From: Candidatus Thermofontivivens primus
GTDB lineage: Bacteria; Sysuimicrobiota; Sysuimicrobiia; Sysuimicrobiales; Thermofontiviventaceae
Reading direction: 5' to 3'
NCBI GenBank assembly: GCA_031458695.1
Contig: JAVKJW010000001.1
Span: 32,001 to 96,000 of the forward strand
Length of the DNA: 64,000 bases
The translations under genes and the position numbers were made by a program. Shown in pieces: positions 1 through 9,773 of the stretch. The notes beneath the pieces are model-generated. The model ran no database searches and was not told where the DNA came from. It worked only from the letters and a program-made list of their open reading frames with translations. How positions within the stretch are numbered: position 1 is the first letter of the stretch; every line of letters begins with the position of its first letter.

Positions 1-834
1 CTCTCGCGCCACGTACGCCACCTTCCTGCCCTCCAGATCGGCTGTTAGAGCCCCGATCTCCCCCGGCTCGCGGGTGAGTTGTCTTTCCCCCGTTCCGTCG
101 AGGTTCGCCCGCCACACCTGGCCGCCCCTCTTGTAGAAGACGGCACGGCGCGTCAGCACTACTGGTGTCAGGCCGTCTGCCTGGTGCACAAGGATACGCA
201 GGCCTGTCCCGTCGGTGCGGACGGTCCCCAGGTAGCCCAGGTACTGCCTGCGGTAGACGATGAAGCCTCCATCTTCGCTGATCGCTGGAGCTGCGGCATG
301 ATGGTGCTCGCTCTCGTCCTTTCGGAGAGGCCGGGTCAGGCGTCGGAGCCCGGTTCCGTCGCTATGCACGACACAGATTTCCCTTTCCGCCTGTTTCGGA
401 TCGCGTTTTTCGATATCGCAGATGAAAGCGATCGTGCGCATTTGCCGGTCGGCGGAAAACTCACTTGAGCTGAATCCTTTGATCTCTGCGGGCGCGCCAG
501 CCACATCTCCGGGGATTTTCAGCCCCCTCACCGGCTCTAGAAAAACAGAGGTGAAGGCAAATGTGCTCAAACCGGGTACAAAGGTGATCCTGTCACCAAA
601 TGGAGAGATCCTTGGAGAAAACGCATAGCCACCGTAAGGCACTTCCACGATGAACAAGCGGTCACTCCGATGGAGCACCTTGACTCTGTTGGGGTCGAAG
701 GGAACGTAGATCTTTGGCGCGACGCGGTGGTAGGATACTTGCCCAGTTCCGGGGGATGGTGTCCCAATAATAAGCAAAACCACCAGGATCAAAAGGTGCA
801 GTATCCGCTGTGCCTTATGGATTCGAGGATACAT
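1..834 (-). CDS. Secreted TolB-like beta-propeller protein (partial, runs off window start)
   Basis: Translated by hand (absent from ORF track): ATG at 834 with GGGAGG RBS; signal-like MYPRIHKAQRILHLLILVVLLIIG; repeated DGTGLRRLT/DGTGLRIL/DGTGERQLT blade motifs; open to position 1. Confidence 0.75.
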   Translation of the reverse strand, partial: MYPRIHKAQRILHLLILVVLLIIGTPSPGTGQVSYHRVAPKIYVPFDPNRVKVLHRSDRLFIVEVPYGGYAFSPRISPFGDRITFVPGLSTFAFTSVFLEPVRGLKIPGDVAGAPAEIKGFSSSEFSADRQMRTIAFICDIEKRDPKQAEREICVVHSDGTGLRRLTRPLRKDESEHHHAAAPAISEDGGFIVYRRQYLGYLGTVRTDGTGLRILVHQADGLTPVVLTRRAVFYKRGGQVWRANLDGTGERQLTREPGEIGALTADLEGRKVAYVARE

Positions 835-1093
835 TCCACACCTCCCTTTGTGTGTCTCCTCCGTCGGCCTCCCGGGGAAGCTTTCACTCCCTCCTTCCCC
901 CTGTAGGAAGGAACGGCCACTCAAAGAAAGGTATGGAAATACTTCGAAAAGCAGTGAATCTTCCCTCTCGAGTATTGCTTAAAAATAAATAAGGATACAC
1001 TTCTGGAAGGAAGCATACCAGAGAGAATTCCCCCTCATCAAGCCCCTTCGCCCTACCACTTGGGGAATTCCACTGACGGCGCTGAGGCGCCAG

Positions 1094-1243
1094 ATGGACG
1101 ATATCGTCCGGCAGATTGCGGAACTGGCACAAGGGTTGGTGTGGGAGACCGTCGCTGAGTGGATGGAAGATGAGGCTACCCTGCAGCTCGTGTAAGAGCT
1201 CGGGGTCGGCTACGCCCAGAGATATCACATCGGAAAGCTTGTA
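1094..1243 (+). pseudogene. Degenerate EAL-domain (c-di-GMP phosphodiesterase) C-terminal fragment
   Basis: Reads DIVRQIAELAQGLVWETVAEWMEDEATLQLV*ELGVGYAQRYHIGK, matching the EAL tail (VAEgVE...LGVDYAQGY.IGKP), with in-frame TAA at 1193-1195. Confidence 0.7.
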
Positions 1244-1361
1244 CCGGTTTTGTGCATCAGGCTCGGAATTCACAACCCGATCTGGATCGTGGAATGGATT
1301 TGCAGAGGTTTGCAAATACGGTATTCAAGGAGTGGATGGCTGTTAAAACTCGCATAAAATC

Positions 1362-1436
1362 TGGAGCCGCCGAGGGGATTCGAACCCCTAACCCCCGCAT
1401 TACAAGTGCGGCGCTCTTCCGTTGAGCTACGGCGGC
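1362..1436 (-). tRNA. tRNA-Thr(UGU)
   Basis: Cloverleaf GCCGCCG..GCTC/GAGC..CCGCA-CTTGTAA-TGCGG..AGGGG-TTCGAAT-CCCCT-CGGCGGC-T-CCA. Confidence 0.97.
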
Positions 1437-1552
1437 GCGGTTCCCGTGGAGGAACCCCCTGACTTGCCCGGGCACACTACCCGGGCGACTCTGGGGAGAA
1501 CGCCAAGTGTTCTAGCCTATTCTAGCACTTCTCCGTCGAAGAGGGCAACGGC

Positions 1553-1918
1553 TCAGTATGCACTGAAGCGGGTGAGCCTGTGTTCGAACAGATCCTCATC
1601 CGCCTTCAGGGCGCAGTAGAGCCAGATGAAGGGAAGGAGAAGCCCGCCAGAGAGCACCAGCATCCCCGCGAGGAGGATGAAGTGAACCCACAGCCCATGA
1701 AAGAGGTACCAGAGGGGGCCAAGGAGGAAGGCGAACCAGTTCCACTTGAGCCGCGGGGGGGCCGGGGGCTGGGTGAGGGGGGGCGCCGTCATGGGAGGGC
1801 CTAGCGGTTTTTCAAGGAATCCGCCGATTGAGGCGCGCATCTTGGGGCTCTTCTGGAACATCACCACCAAGAGCGCAATTGCCACGATCGCAACGAACAG
1901 CACAAAGACTGCAATCAA
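1553..1918 (-). CDS. Small membrane protein, DUF2628-like
   Basis: WNWFAFLLGPLWYL motif, hydrophobic helices, TTG start after GAGGTG. Confidence 0.65.
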   Translation of the reverse strand: MIAVFVLFVAIVAIALLVVMFQKSPKMRASIGGFLEKPLGPPMTAPPLTQPPAPPRLKWNWFAFLLGPLWYLFHGLWVHFILLAGMLVLSGGLLLPFIWLYCALKADEDLFEHRLTRFSAY

Positions 1919-2074
1919 ACCCCATCACCTCGGCATAGACTGGATCCTCCTATCCCGAACCGGTGGGCATGCTAATTCGGCATTGCAGGGGTCGATTCCT
2001 CTCACCTCCCCCGCATCAAAAGAAGGAGTCTCCCCCACCTGACCCCGAAAATTTAAAGGAGGCACAAGAGGCAG

Positions 2075-3910
2075 ATGAACGTGGTGCCTGAGTCCCTTCC
2101 GGTTCTGTCTATTGGCGTCGGCATCCACGCCGCGGTTACCCTTTTCCTCCTCCTCCGCTACTTAGAGTCGCGGGAGCGTCTAGTGGGGTGGTGGACGGGG
2201 GCTTATCTCCTATTCACCCTCCACATCCTCGCAGAAGGGTGGGTCAACCCTACGGCACCCTTGTGGATCCTGTTCTTACGCCACTCCTTCTTCCTGGCAT
2301 CGAGCTGGACGTTGACAGTAAGCTTCGTCCGGGAGGCACCCGCCCCTCCCCTGGCTAGGTGGACCCTCCTCTTTGCCCTCCTTGCGGCTGCGGCCCTTAG
2401 CATGAGCGCCTTTGCCCTTAAGGTGGGCTGGAGGTGGCCGTGGGGAGCGATCCCCCCTTCTGTGATCGGAGGAGCTGGGTTCCTGACAGCAGCGTTCCTG
2501 TTCCGGAGAAGCGAGGGGTGGAGCCGCGACCTTGCAGGGAACCTTCTCTTCTGGGGAATGGTCCTCACAGGTCTCCATGCTCTTGATTACCCCTTCCTCC
2601 GGAGCGATCCCCTTCTTTCTACCGTCGGCGCAGGCCTCAGCGGCCTCTTCACCCTCGCCTTCGGATTTGGCATCGTCCTCCAGGCATGGCACAGGACTCG
2701 CGAACTCACCCTCCTCCATGCCGTCGCCGAGGCTCTCAACCGTTCGCTGAACGTCCGGGAGACGCTTGGGGATGTCCTCCGCCAGATTAGCGACCGCCTG
2801 GGCTTGCTGGGAGGGTGGATGTACCTCTGGAGCCAGGAGCGGGGGGAGTATGTCCCCGGACCCACCTATAGCCTCCCGGAGGTCCTCGCAAGGGATCCGG
2901 TCGCTTTGGAGGGAGAGTGCCGGTGTCTTCAGATGCTCGTGCGTGGGGAGCTAGCCCAGGTCATTGACCTTGAGTGCGAGCGCCTCGAGCAGCTACAGTT
3001 CCGGATCACCAATCGCCACGTGACGGTACCCCTGCGAACCTCTGAGAGAACGCTCGGGCTCATGAATTTTGTTGTCCCCCCGAGGCGAGCCCTGATGCCC
3101 AGGGAGCTAGAGATGCTCTCCGCCATCGGGTTCCAGGTCGGCATGGCGATCGAGCGGACCCGGCTCTACGAGGAGGTCCTGGCGAAGGAAGCTGTGCGGA
3201 CGGAACTCCTCGAGAAGATCATCTCGGCCCAAGAGGATGAGCGGCGGCGCATCGCGCGGGAGCTGCACGACGAGGCCGGGCAGGCTCTCACCGCGCTGAT
3301 CCTGAACCTCGAAATGGCCGAGGAAAGCCTCCCGGAAACCAGCAGCCAGATCCGGGAGCAACTCCATCATCTCCGGGAACTCGCCGAGCATACGCTTGGG
3401 GAGATCCGGAAGTTGATCTATGACCTCCGCCCTACGATCCTCGACGACCTGGGCCTGAATGCGGCCATCCGCTGGTACCTGAAGAACGCCGTGGAACCCC
3501 GAGGGATCTCTGTGGAGCTGGAGATGCCCCCTTCGGACAGGCGCCTTCCCCATCACGTGGAGACGGCCATCTTTCGCATCATCCAGGAGGCCCTCAACAA
3601 CGTCGTCAAACACGCCCAGGCCTCGAAGGTCCGCGTGGAGGTGCATTATAATCAATCTGAGGTCCGGGTCTCCGTAACCGATAACGGAAAGGGATTCAAT
3701 GTGGGCGCGGTCCTGGCGAGGTCGGATGGGGGAAGGGGTGTAGGCCTCCTCGGGATGCAGGAAAGGGCATCCCTGCTGGGGGGGAAGTTCTCCATCGCCT
3801 CTGCGCCCGGCCGAGGGACGCGCGTGGAACTTGTCCTTCCCCTCACCCAGGCCGCAAGCTCCGGAGGTAGAGGAATCCCTGAGGAGGAGAGTGGAGGTGA
3901 ATTCCGTTGA
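2075..3910 (+). CDS. Membrane sensor histidine kinase (multi-TM + GAF + HisKA_3 + HATPase)
   Basis: EDERRRIARELHDEAGQ H-box, QEALNNVVKHA N-box, DNGKGF, GVGLLGM; Cys-containing GAF (CRC...C). Confidence 0.92.
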   Translation: MNVVPESLPVLSIGVGIHAAVTLFLLLRYLESRERLVGWWTGAYLLFTLHILAEGWVNPTAPLWILFLRHSFFLASSWTLTVSFVREAPAPPLARWTLLFALLAAAALSMSAFALKVGWRWPWGAIPPSVIGGAGFLTAAFLFRRSEGWSRDLAGNLLFWGMVLTGLHALDYPFLRSDPLLSTVGAGLSGLFTLAFGFGIVLQAWHRTRELTLLHAVAEALNRSLNVRETLGDVLRQISDRLGLLGGWMYLWSQERGEYVPGPTYSLPEVLARDPVALEGECRCLQMLVRGELAQVIDLECERLEQLQFRITNRHVTVPLRTSERTLGLMNFVVPPRRALMPRELEMLSAIGFQVGMAIERTRLYEEVLAKEAVRTELLEKIISAQEDERRRIARELHDEAGQALTALILNLEMAEESLPETSSQIREQLHHLRELAEHTLGEIRKLIYDLRPTILDDLGLNAAIRWYLKNAVEPRGISVELEMPPSDRRLPHHVETAIFRIIQEALNNVVKHAQASKVRVEVHYNQSEVRVSVTDNGKGFNVGAVLARSDGGRGVGLLGMQERASLLGGKFSIASAPGRGTRVELVLPLTQAASSGGRGIPEEESGGEFR

Positions 3911-4560
3911 AGAAGATCCGGGTGCTCATTGCCGATGACCACACCATCGTCCGAGAGGGAATCCGGATGATCCTCACTGCCCAGCCGGATATCGAGGTCG
4001 TGGGGGAGGCAGCGAACGGGCAGGAGGCCATCGAGCTCACCCGCAAACTCCGGCCCGACGTGGTGGTCATGGACATCAGCATGCCAGGGGTCTCCGGGAT
4101 TCACGCCACGAAGGCAATCAAGGCGGAGATGCCCGAGGTGAATGTCCTGGCGCTCACGATGCACGAAGACGAGACGTACGTCTTCCAGCTCCTGAAGGCC
4201 GGGGCTGCTGGCTACGTTCTTAAACGCGGTGCAGCCTCCGACCTTGTCAATGCTGTCCGGGCAGCCAGCAAAGGGGAGGCCTTCCTCTACCCTTCCGTGG
4301 CCAAGGCGGTGGTCCAGGACTACCTCCAGCGGGTAGAGGCTGGGGAAGAGCGCGAGCGCTGGGATGGACTCACCCAGCGGGAGAGGGAGATCCTCAAGCT
4401 GATCGCAGAAGGCTATACCAACCAGGAAATTGCTCAGAAGCTTTACATCAGTGTCAAGACCGTCCAGACCCACCGGGCACACATCTTGGAGAAGCTCGGT
4501 CTGCACGACCGCACCGAGCTCGTGCGCTATGCCATCCGGAAGGGTCTCATCGAACCGTAG
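3907..4560 (+). CDS. NarL/NreC-family response regulator
   Basis: IADDH, VVMDISMP, YVLK, LTQREREIL LuxR HTH; 4-nt overlap with kinase. Confidence 0.95.
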   Translation: MKKIRVLIADDHTIVREGIRMILTAQPDIEVVGEAANGQEAIELTRKLRPDVVVMDISMPGVSGIHATKAIKAEMPEVNVLALTMHEDETYVFQLLKAGAAGYVLKRGAASDLVNAVRAASKGEAFLYPSVAKAVVQDYLQRVEAGEERERWDGLTQREREILKLIAEGYTNQEIAQKLYISVKTVQTHRAHILEKLGLHDRTELVRYAIRKGLIEP

Positions 4561-4717
4561 ATCCCCCAGGTTTCGCCAGGCAATGATCCGGTTTCCCCCA
4601 CAACGATCTACTGCATCTCCATAAGCGCAAAATCGGTTCTGTACCCGATAGCGGACCAGCCTTCCGTGTGTTACCGTTAGGGCAAGGAGTCCCTGCCGGA
4701 GGCCTTCCAGCTTCACC

Positions 4718-5104
4718 ATGCGAAAGGTTCGCGTAGTGATCGCCGACAGATTTGTAGAGACACGGGGAGCCATCAAACACCTCCTGAAACGGGATCCGTG
4801 GATCGAAGTGGTCGGGGAGATCTCTAGTTGCTCCGAAGTCATCCCCACGGTATCTGCATTGCGTCCCGATGCCTTGCTCATTGACGCCATGGGGCAAATG
4901 AGAGGGCTTGAGGTGATCCGGGAGCTCCGGGCGCTCTTTCCGGAGATCCGCATCATCGCCCTCACCGATCACAGCGAGGAAGAATACAAGCGCACGACCC
5001 TGGCCGCGGGAGCGGATTGCTGGATCCCAAAGATCCGACTCGGAAAAGACCTCCTCCCCATGGTTCGGGCCCTCTTCCCCAATGGGGTACAGAAAGTGGG
5101 TTAA
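4718..5104 (+). CDS. Stand-alone receiver-domain protein
   Basis: VVIAD, PDALLID, IIALT, WIPK; no output domain. Confidence 0.8.
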   Translation: MRKVRVVIADRFVETRGAIKHLLKRDPWIEVVGEISSCSEVIPTVSALRPDALLIDAMGQMRGLEVIRELRALFPEIRIIALTDHSEEEYKRTTLAAGADCWIPKIRLGKDLLPMVRALFPNGVQKVG

Positions 5105-5409
5105 TCGCGTCCTTACCTCGGGAATGGTGGGAACAGTCTTGTCACTCTGCCGGGTCGTCACTGAACCCGCTATCCTTCCTCCATCCATGGCCTGATGAGC
5201 TATCCTGTTTCGACCCGATGGTACGCCCCAGGGCAATCGGATACCATGGGGATGGTATCCGATCCTTTGGAGTTCTCCAGAGGGATTCCAAGAGGGGGCT
5301 CCTTGAAAATCCTGCGTGATTCTTGGGATTCGAGGGAGTCCAGCAAAATCTCCTGAGAGGATTTTCTGGGACCTCGGGATCTCAAGAAGGCGGACAGGAG
5401 CGGAACGCC

Positions 5410-6039
5410 GTGGCGACGGTCCACGTCTATGTTGCCGCCTCTGAGACTCTGATTCGCGAGGGGTTACGTTGCCTCTTCTCCCGGGATCCCACGATCGAGG
5501 TGATCGACGGCTCCCCCCTCGACTCCCTCTGTGAGGCCGAACAAGTCCCAGACGTAGCCATCCTCGTCGTAGGCGTCCCCACCGGGGATTCCGTGGAGGT
5601 GATCCGCAACCTCTGCCGACGCTTTCCCAAGATCAAAGTCCTCGCCCTCGTCGCTTCCTCGGCACAGGAGGCGATGCTCTCCGCTCTCCGCGCCGGCGCT
5701 GCTGGCTGCCTACCCCTCGATGCCGACCCGGGAGATTTAATCGCCGCGGTCCGTACCCTCGCTCAGGGGGAATGTTATCTTCATCCCCTAGCGGCCGCCG
5801 CGATCATGAACGAGTACCGCCAGGGAGAGGCAGCGTCTTGCGCCCACCTTAGCCCTCGTGAGGAGGAGATCCTCTCCCTCCTCGCCTCAGGAGCAACCAA
5901 TCGGGAGATCGCAAAGAGGCTCCACCTGAGCACGCGGACAGTGGAAGCGCACCGGGCGAAGATCATGGCCAAGCTCGGAGCGCAGCACCTGGTGGACCTT
6001 ATCCGCCACGCCATCCGGCGCGGGCTTATCAAGCTGTAG
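5410..6039 (+). CDS. NarL-family regulator with degenerate (pseudo-)receiver domain
   Basis: LuxR HTH LSPREEEIL...STRTVEAHRAKIMAKLG; GTG at 5410 after AGGAG; receiver lacks the phospho-Asp. Confidence 0.85.
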   Translation: MATVHVYVAASETLIREGLRCLFSRDPTIEVIDGSPLDSLCEAEQVPDVAILVVGVPTGDSVEVIRNLCRRFPKIKVLALVASSAQEAMLSALRAGAAGCLPLDADPGDLIAAVRTLAQGECYLHPLAAAAIMNEYRQGEAASCAHLSPREEEILSLLASGATNREIAKRLHLSTRTVEAHRAKIMAKLGAQHLVDLIRHAIRRGLIKL

Positions 6040-6075
6040 GAGTTTGACCCCAAGCCCCGAATTACTTTCCTCACG

Positions 6076-7305
6076 ATGAAAGCGCTCCAGTTCGGCTTCA
6101 GCATCCCCCGGTACCTCCTGGGGAAGGTCCTAGGCCACAGGTTCCCCAGGATCCTATGGAGTCGGTTTGCCTCACTGCAGTACACCGATGCTCCCGAACC
6201 CCAGCTTCCCTGGGGAGAGTGGGTGAAGATCGCCGTGCACCTCGGTGGCATCTGTGGAAGCGACCTCCACCTTCTCTTCCTGGACGATAGTCCCTCCCTC
6301 TCTCCCTTCGCTTCCTTCCCGTTCATCCCAGGTCACGAGATCGTGGGTACGGTGGTAGAGGTAGGTCCGGAGGCAGGAGAGATCAAACCTGGAGAACGGG
6401 TCGCGGTGGACCCGCTCCTTCCCTGCGCGGCGCGCGGGCTCGAACTCTGCCAAGCCTGTAGCCGTGGGGACTTCAACCTATGCACCCGGTTCACCGACGG
6501 CCGCCTGAGCCCGGGCATCCTCATCGGGGGGTGCAGGGATACAGGGGGAGGGTGGGGGCCTTACGTGGTAGCCCATAAGAGCCAGGTGTTGAAGGTGCCC
6601 CCTACGGTGACCGATGAGAACGCCGTCATGGTGGATCCCCTGGCGATCTCGATCCATGCCGTGGTGCGCCATCCGCCAGGGGATGCGGATACCGTCCTGG
6701 TGATCGGCGGGGGTGTGATCGGCATCTGCGTGATCGCTGCCCTCCGGGCCCTTGGGTTCCGTGGGAGGATCGTCGTCCTGGCGAAGTACCCTTACCAAGC
6801 CAAGACAGCACAAGCATATGGGGCGAATGAAACCATCCTCCTCCAGAGGGGCGATGGGCACTACGATGCCCTGGCCGACGTCCTTGGGGGACGCTTGCTC
6901 CAGCCGGTGCTAGGGAAGCGGGTCCTGGTGGGAGGAGCGGATGTGACCTATGAGTGCGTGGGAACGGGACGGAGCATTGACGATGCTCTTCGCCTCACAA
7001 GGAGCCGGGGGAAGGTGGTCCTGGTTGGCCTCGCCGCGATCCCGAAAGGGGTGGATTGGACATTCATTTGGCTCCATGAACTCCAGGTCCTCGGAACCAT
7101 CAATGGGGCTCTCGAGACGCTCCAGGGACAACGACAGAAGGCGCACGAGATCGCCCTCGATCTCCTGGCCCAAGGGAAGGTAGATCTCAGCCCGTTGGTG
7201 ACCCACCGGTTCCCTCTTGATGCCTACCCGGAGGCTTTTTCAACCGCCACGGGCAAGAGCCGCAACAGGGTATTCAAGGTAGTTTTCCAGCACGTTCACG
7301 CATAA
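6076..7305 (+). CDS. Zinc-dependent alcohol dehydrogenase (MDR family)
   Basis: GICGSD, GHE, structural-Zn Cys cluster, GGGVIG. Confidence 0.9.
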   Translation: MKALQFGFSIPRYLLGKVLGHRFPRILWSRFASLQYTDAPEPQLPWGEWVKIAVHLGGICGSDLHLLFLDDSPSLSPFASFPFIPGHEIVGTVVEVGPEAGEIKPGERVAVDPLLPCAARGLELCQACSRGDFNLCTRFTDGRLSPGILIGGCRDTGGGWGPYVVAHKSQVLKVPPTVTDENAVMVDPLAISIHAVVRHPPGDADTVLVIGGGVIGICVIAALRALGFRGRIVVLAKYPYQAKTAQAYGANETILLQRGDGHYDALADVLGGRLLQPVLGKRVLVGGADVTYECVGTGRSIDDALRLTRSRGKVVLVGLAAIPKGVDWTFIWLHELQVLGTINGALETLQGQRQKAHEIALDLLAQGKVDLSPLVTHRFPLDAYPEAFSTATGKSRNRVFKVVFQHVHA

Positions 7306-7355
7306 GTATCTCCTCGTCGCGTTATTCGCCTACCCCCTTTGTACGTAGTAACCTT

Positions 7356-7399
7356 TTCACAATTTCCCCATCCCCCCTTCAAGATATCTTCATGATGGG
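7356..7399 (+). promoter_or_regulatory. Putative OmpR-family direct-repeat binding site
   Basis: TTCA at 7356, 7378 and 7389 (CCCA at 7367): 11-bp phasing upstream of SHOCT-RR-HK locus. Confidence 0.45.
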
Positions 7400-7481
7400 A
7401 GAGTACCCTGGAAGTGCGGGCTCAGCGTGAAGATCCTCAAGCAGTGAGGTATGATGTACACTAGGAAAAGGAGGGAATCGC

Positions 7482-7829
7482 ATGAACCAGAGGACATTGG
7501 TGTGGGTTGTCGTGGCCGTCCTTCTCCTTCTCCTCCTTGGCCCCGTGCTCGGCGGGCTCGGATGGGGAGGAATGGGGTGGATGATGGGCCCTTGGATGAT
7601 GGGAGGGTGGCGTGGTTGGGGCGGATACGGCCCCTGGGGGTGGGGGTTCTGGATTGGACCCTTGGTGATGGTCCTTCTCCTCGTAGTGGTGGCGATTGCG
7701 ATCGTGACCATGCTGACACGCGCGCGCTCTGTCCATGAGGAGTCTCCCTTAGAGATTCTCAAGCGCCGCTATGCGCGGGGGGAGATCACCAAGGAGGAGT
7801 TCGAGCAGCTGAAGCGCGATCTGGGCTAG
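7482..7829 (+). CDS. SHOCT-domain membrane protein with Gly/Met/Trp-rich loop
   Basis: GWGGMGWMMGPWMMGG; C-terminal PLEILKRRYARGEITKEEFEQLKRDL. Confidence 0.85.
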   Translation: MNQRTLVWVVVAVLLLLLLGPVLGGLGWGGMGWMMGPWMMGGWRGWGGYGPWGWGFWIGPLVMVLLLVVVAIAIVTMLTRARSVHEESPLEILKRRYARGEITKEEFEQLKRDLG

Positions 7830-7932
7830 GAACCCCCAGCGAAATCTTTGGCAAGATTTCGCTGGGATCGCTCAGGAGTGGACAAGCAGTCTGTGTACTG
7901 CTTAAAGACCCTCTCCTGGGAAGGGATGGATC

Positions 7933-8628
7933 GTGGCAAAGAGGACGGTCTTGGTTGTAGACGATGAGCGGGAGATCGTGGATCTGCTGCGCTCCTACCT
8001 GGAGCGCGATGGATACCGCGTCCTGGTTGCTTACGATGGGAGGGAAGCCCTGGAGATCGCCCGCCGCGACCGCCCTGATCTCATGATCCTGGACCTGATG
8101 CTCCCTGAAGTAGACGGGTGGGAAGTGTGCCGGCAGGTGCGGGCCACCTCCTCCATCCCTATCATCATGCTTACTGCAAGGGATGAGGAGACAGACAAGC
8201 TCGTTGGACTGGAACTCGGCGCCGATGATTATATCACCAAACCGTTCAGCCCTCGTGAGGTGGTTGCCCGGGTGCGCGCAGTCCTGCGCCGGGCGGCGGG
8301 AGAGGGTCCACCACCGGTGAAGATCGTGGCAGGGGACGTGGAGATCGATCCGGCCCGGTTTGAAGTCCGGCGGGGCGGGGAGGTGATCCACTTGACGCCT
8401 ACGGAGTTCAAACTCCTGGAGGTCCTTGCCCGAAACCCAGGGAGAACCTTTACCCGCCTTCAACTCATCGACCAGGTCCACGGGTACGCTTTCGAGGGAT
8501 ACGAGCGCACCATCGACGCGCATGTGAAGAACCTCCGACAGAAACTGGAACCTGACCCCCGCCACCCCCGCTACATCCTCACGGTGTATGGTGTGGGATA
8601 CAAGTTCAGCGAGACAGGCGGGAATTAG
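7933..8628 (+). CDS. OmpR-family response regulator
   Basis: VVDDE, LDLMLP, GADDYITKPF, winged helix RTIDAHVKNLRQKL..TVYGVGY. Confidence 0.95.
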   Translation: MAKRTVLVVDDEREIVDLLRSYLERDGYRVLVAYDGREALEIARRDRPDLMILDLMLPEVDGWEVCRQVRATSSIPIIMLTARDEETDKLVGLELGADDYITKPFSPREVVARVRAVLRRAAGEGPPPVKIVAGDVEIDPARFEVRRGGEVIHLTPTEFKLLEVLARNPGRTFTRLQLIDQVHGYAFEGYERTIDAHVKNLRQKLEPDPRHPRYILTVYGVGYKFSETGGN

Positions 8629-8632
8629 AAGG

Positions 8633-9751
8633 ATGCGAAGCCTCACGGTAAAACTCACGCTGGCATTCCTTGCCATCGCTTTCATCTCGGTGGGGATGGT
8701 TGGATTTCTTGCCAACCGAGCGACCCAGATGCAGTTCGGTTCGTACCTCGAACAAAACCCTTGGCTTGAACGGATGGGGCCGGGGATGGCTTTGCACATG
8801 CAGCGGATGATGCTCCAGATGTTTGGCCCTCCGGAGCGCCGGTTCTTAGCCCGGGTAAACCGGGCCATCTGGCTCTCTGCCCTCGCCTCCGGTATCCTTG
8901 CCACAATACTCGGCCTCCTGTTGACGCGCCAACTCACAGCTCCGCTCAGGGAACTGGCAACAGCGGCCCGCCGGATTGGGAGGGGAGAGCTCAGGCAGAT
9001 GGTTGAGGTGTACGCCGATGATGAGCTTGGTGAAGTCGCGCAGGCCTTTAATGCCATGGCCGCTGCGTTGAATAAACAGGAGGAGCTCCGCCGCCAGCTT
9101 CTGGCCGACATCGCCCACGAGCTCGGAACGCCCCTTGCCGTTATCCAAGGGAACCTTGAGGGGATGCTCGATGGGGTGATCGAGCCAACAGCTGAGAGGC
9201 TCGCTTCTCTGCATACGCACGTCGGCCTCCTTGCTCGTCTGGTCAAGGACCTGCGAGATCTTTCCCTGGCGCAAGCCGGCCAGCTCACTCTCCACCCAGA
9301 GAGGCTGGACCTCGCGAGGACCATCCAGGAGATCATAGAAGTCGTCCGGCCCAGGGCTGAGGAAAAAGGTATCACCCTGGTCACTTCCGTCGACACTGTT
9401 CCTCCCGTCTTGGTCGACCCCCATCGCCTAGCCCAGGTCCTCCATAATCTCCTGGACAATGCTTTGCGTCATACCCCTCCAGGTGGTACCGTGGAGATCG
9501 TGGCGAGGCAAGAAAATAAGATGGTCCGCGTCTCGGTAAGGGACACAGGTTCAGGAATCCCCCCCGAGGACCTCCCCCACGTATTTGACCGGTTTTACCG
9601 GGTGGACAGATCCAGATCACGTGCAACAGGCGGGACCGGGCTTGGTCTGGCAGTTGTGAAGCACGTTGTGGAAGCCTCTGGTGGGCAGGTTTTCGTGGAG
9701 AGCAAGATGGGCCAAGGGAGCACCTTCTCCTTTACCCTCCCCATGGCCTAA
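8633..9751 (+). CDS. BaeS/CopS-like sensor histidine kinase (HAMP, HisKA)
   Basis: DIAHELGTPL, NLLDNALRH, DTGSGI, GGTGLGL; Met-rich extracytoplasmic loop. Confidence 0.92.
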   Translation: MRSLTVKLTLAFLAIAFISVGMVGFLANRATQMQFGSYLEQNPWLERMGPGMALHMQRMMLQMFGPPERRFLARVNRAIWLSALASGILATILGLLLTRQLTAPLRELATAARRIGRGELRQMVEVYADDELGEVAQAFNAMAAALNKQEELRRQLLADIAHELGTPLAVIQGNLEGMLDGVIEPTAERLASLHTHVGLLARLVKDLRDLSLAQAGQLTLHPERLDLARTIQEIIEVVRPRAEEKGITLVTSVDTVPPVLVDPHRLAQVLHNLLDNALRHTPPGGTVEIVARQENKMVRVSVRDTGSGIPPEDLPHVFDRFYRVDRSRSRATGGTGLGLAVVKHVVEASGGQVFVESKMGQGSTFSFTLPMA

Positions 9752-9773
9752 GTAACCCCTCTCTGCGAAATGC

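Noticed and set aside
79..992. Short plus-strand ORFs in the track
   Set aside because: Antisense shadows of the minus-strand TolB-like gene that runs off the window
884..1315. 143-aa minus-strand ORF
   Set aside because: Largely the antisense of the EAL remnant; no RBS or recognisable motif
3652..9459. Long minus-strand ORFs (437 aa and 557 aa)
   Set aside because: Typical high-GC antisense frames over response regulator and kinase genes
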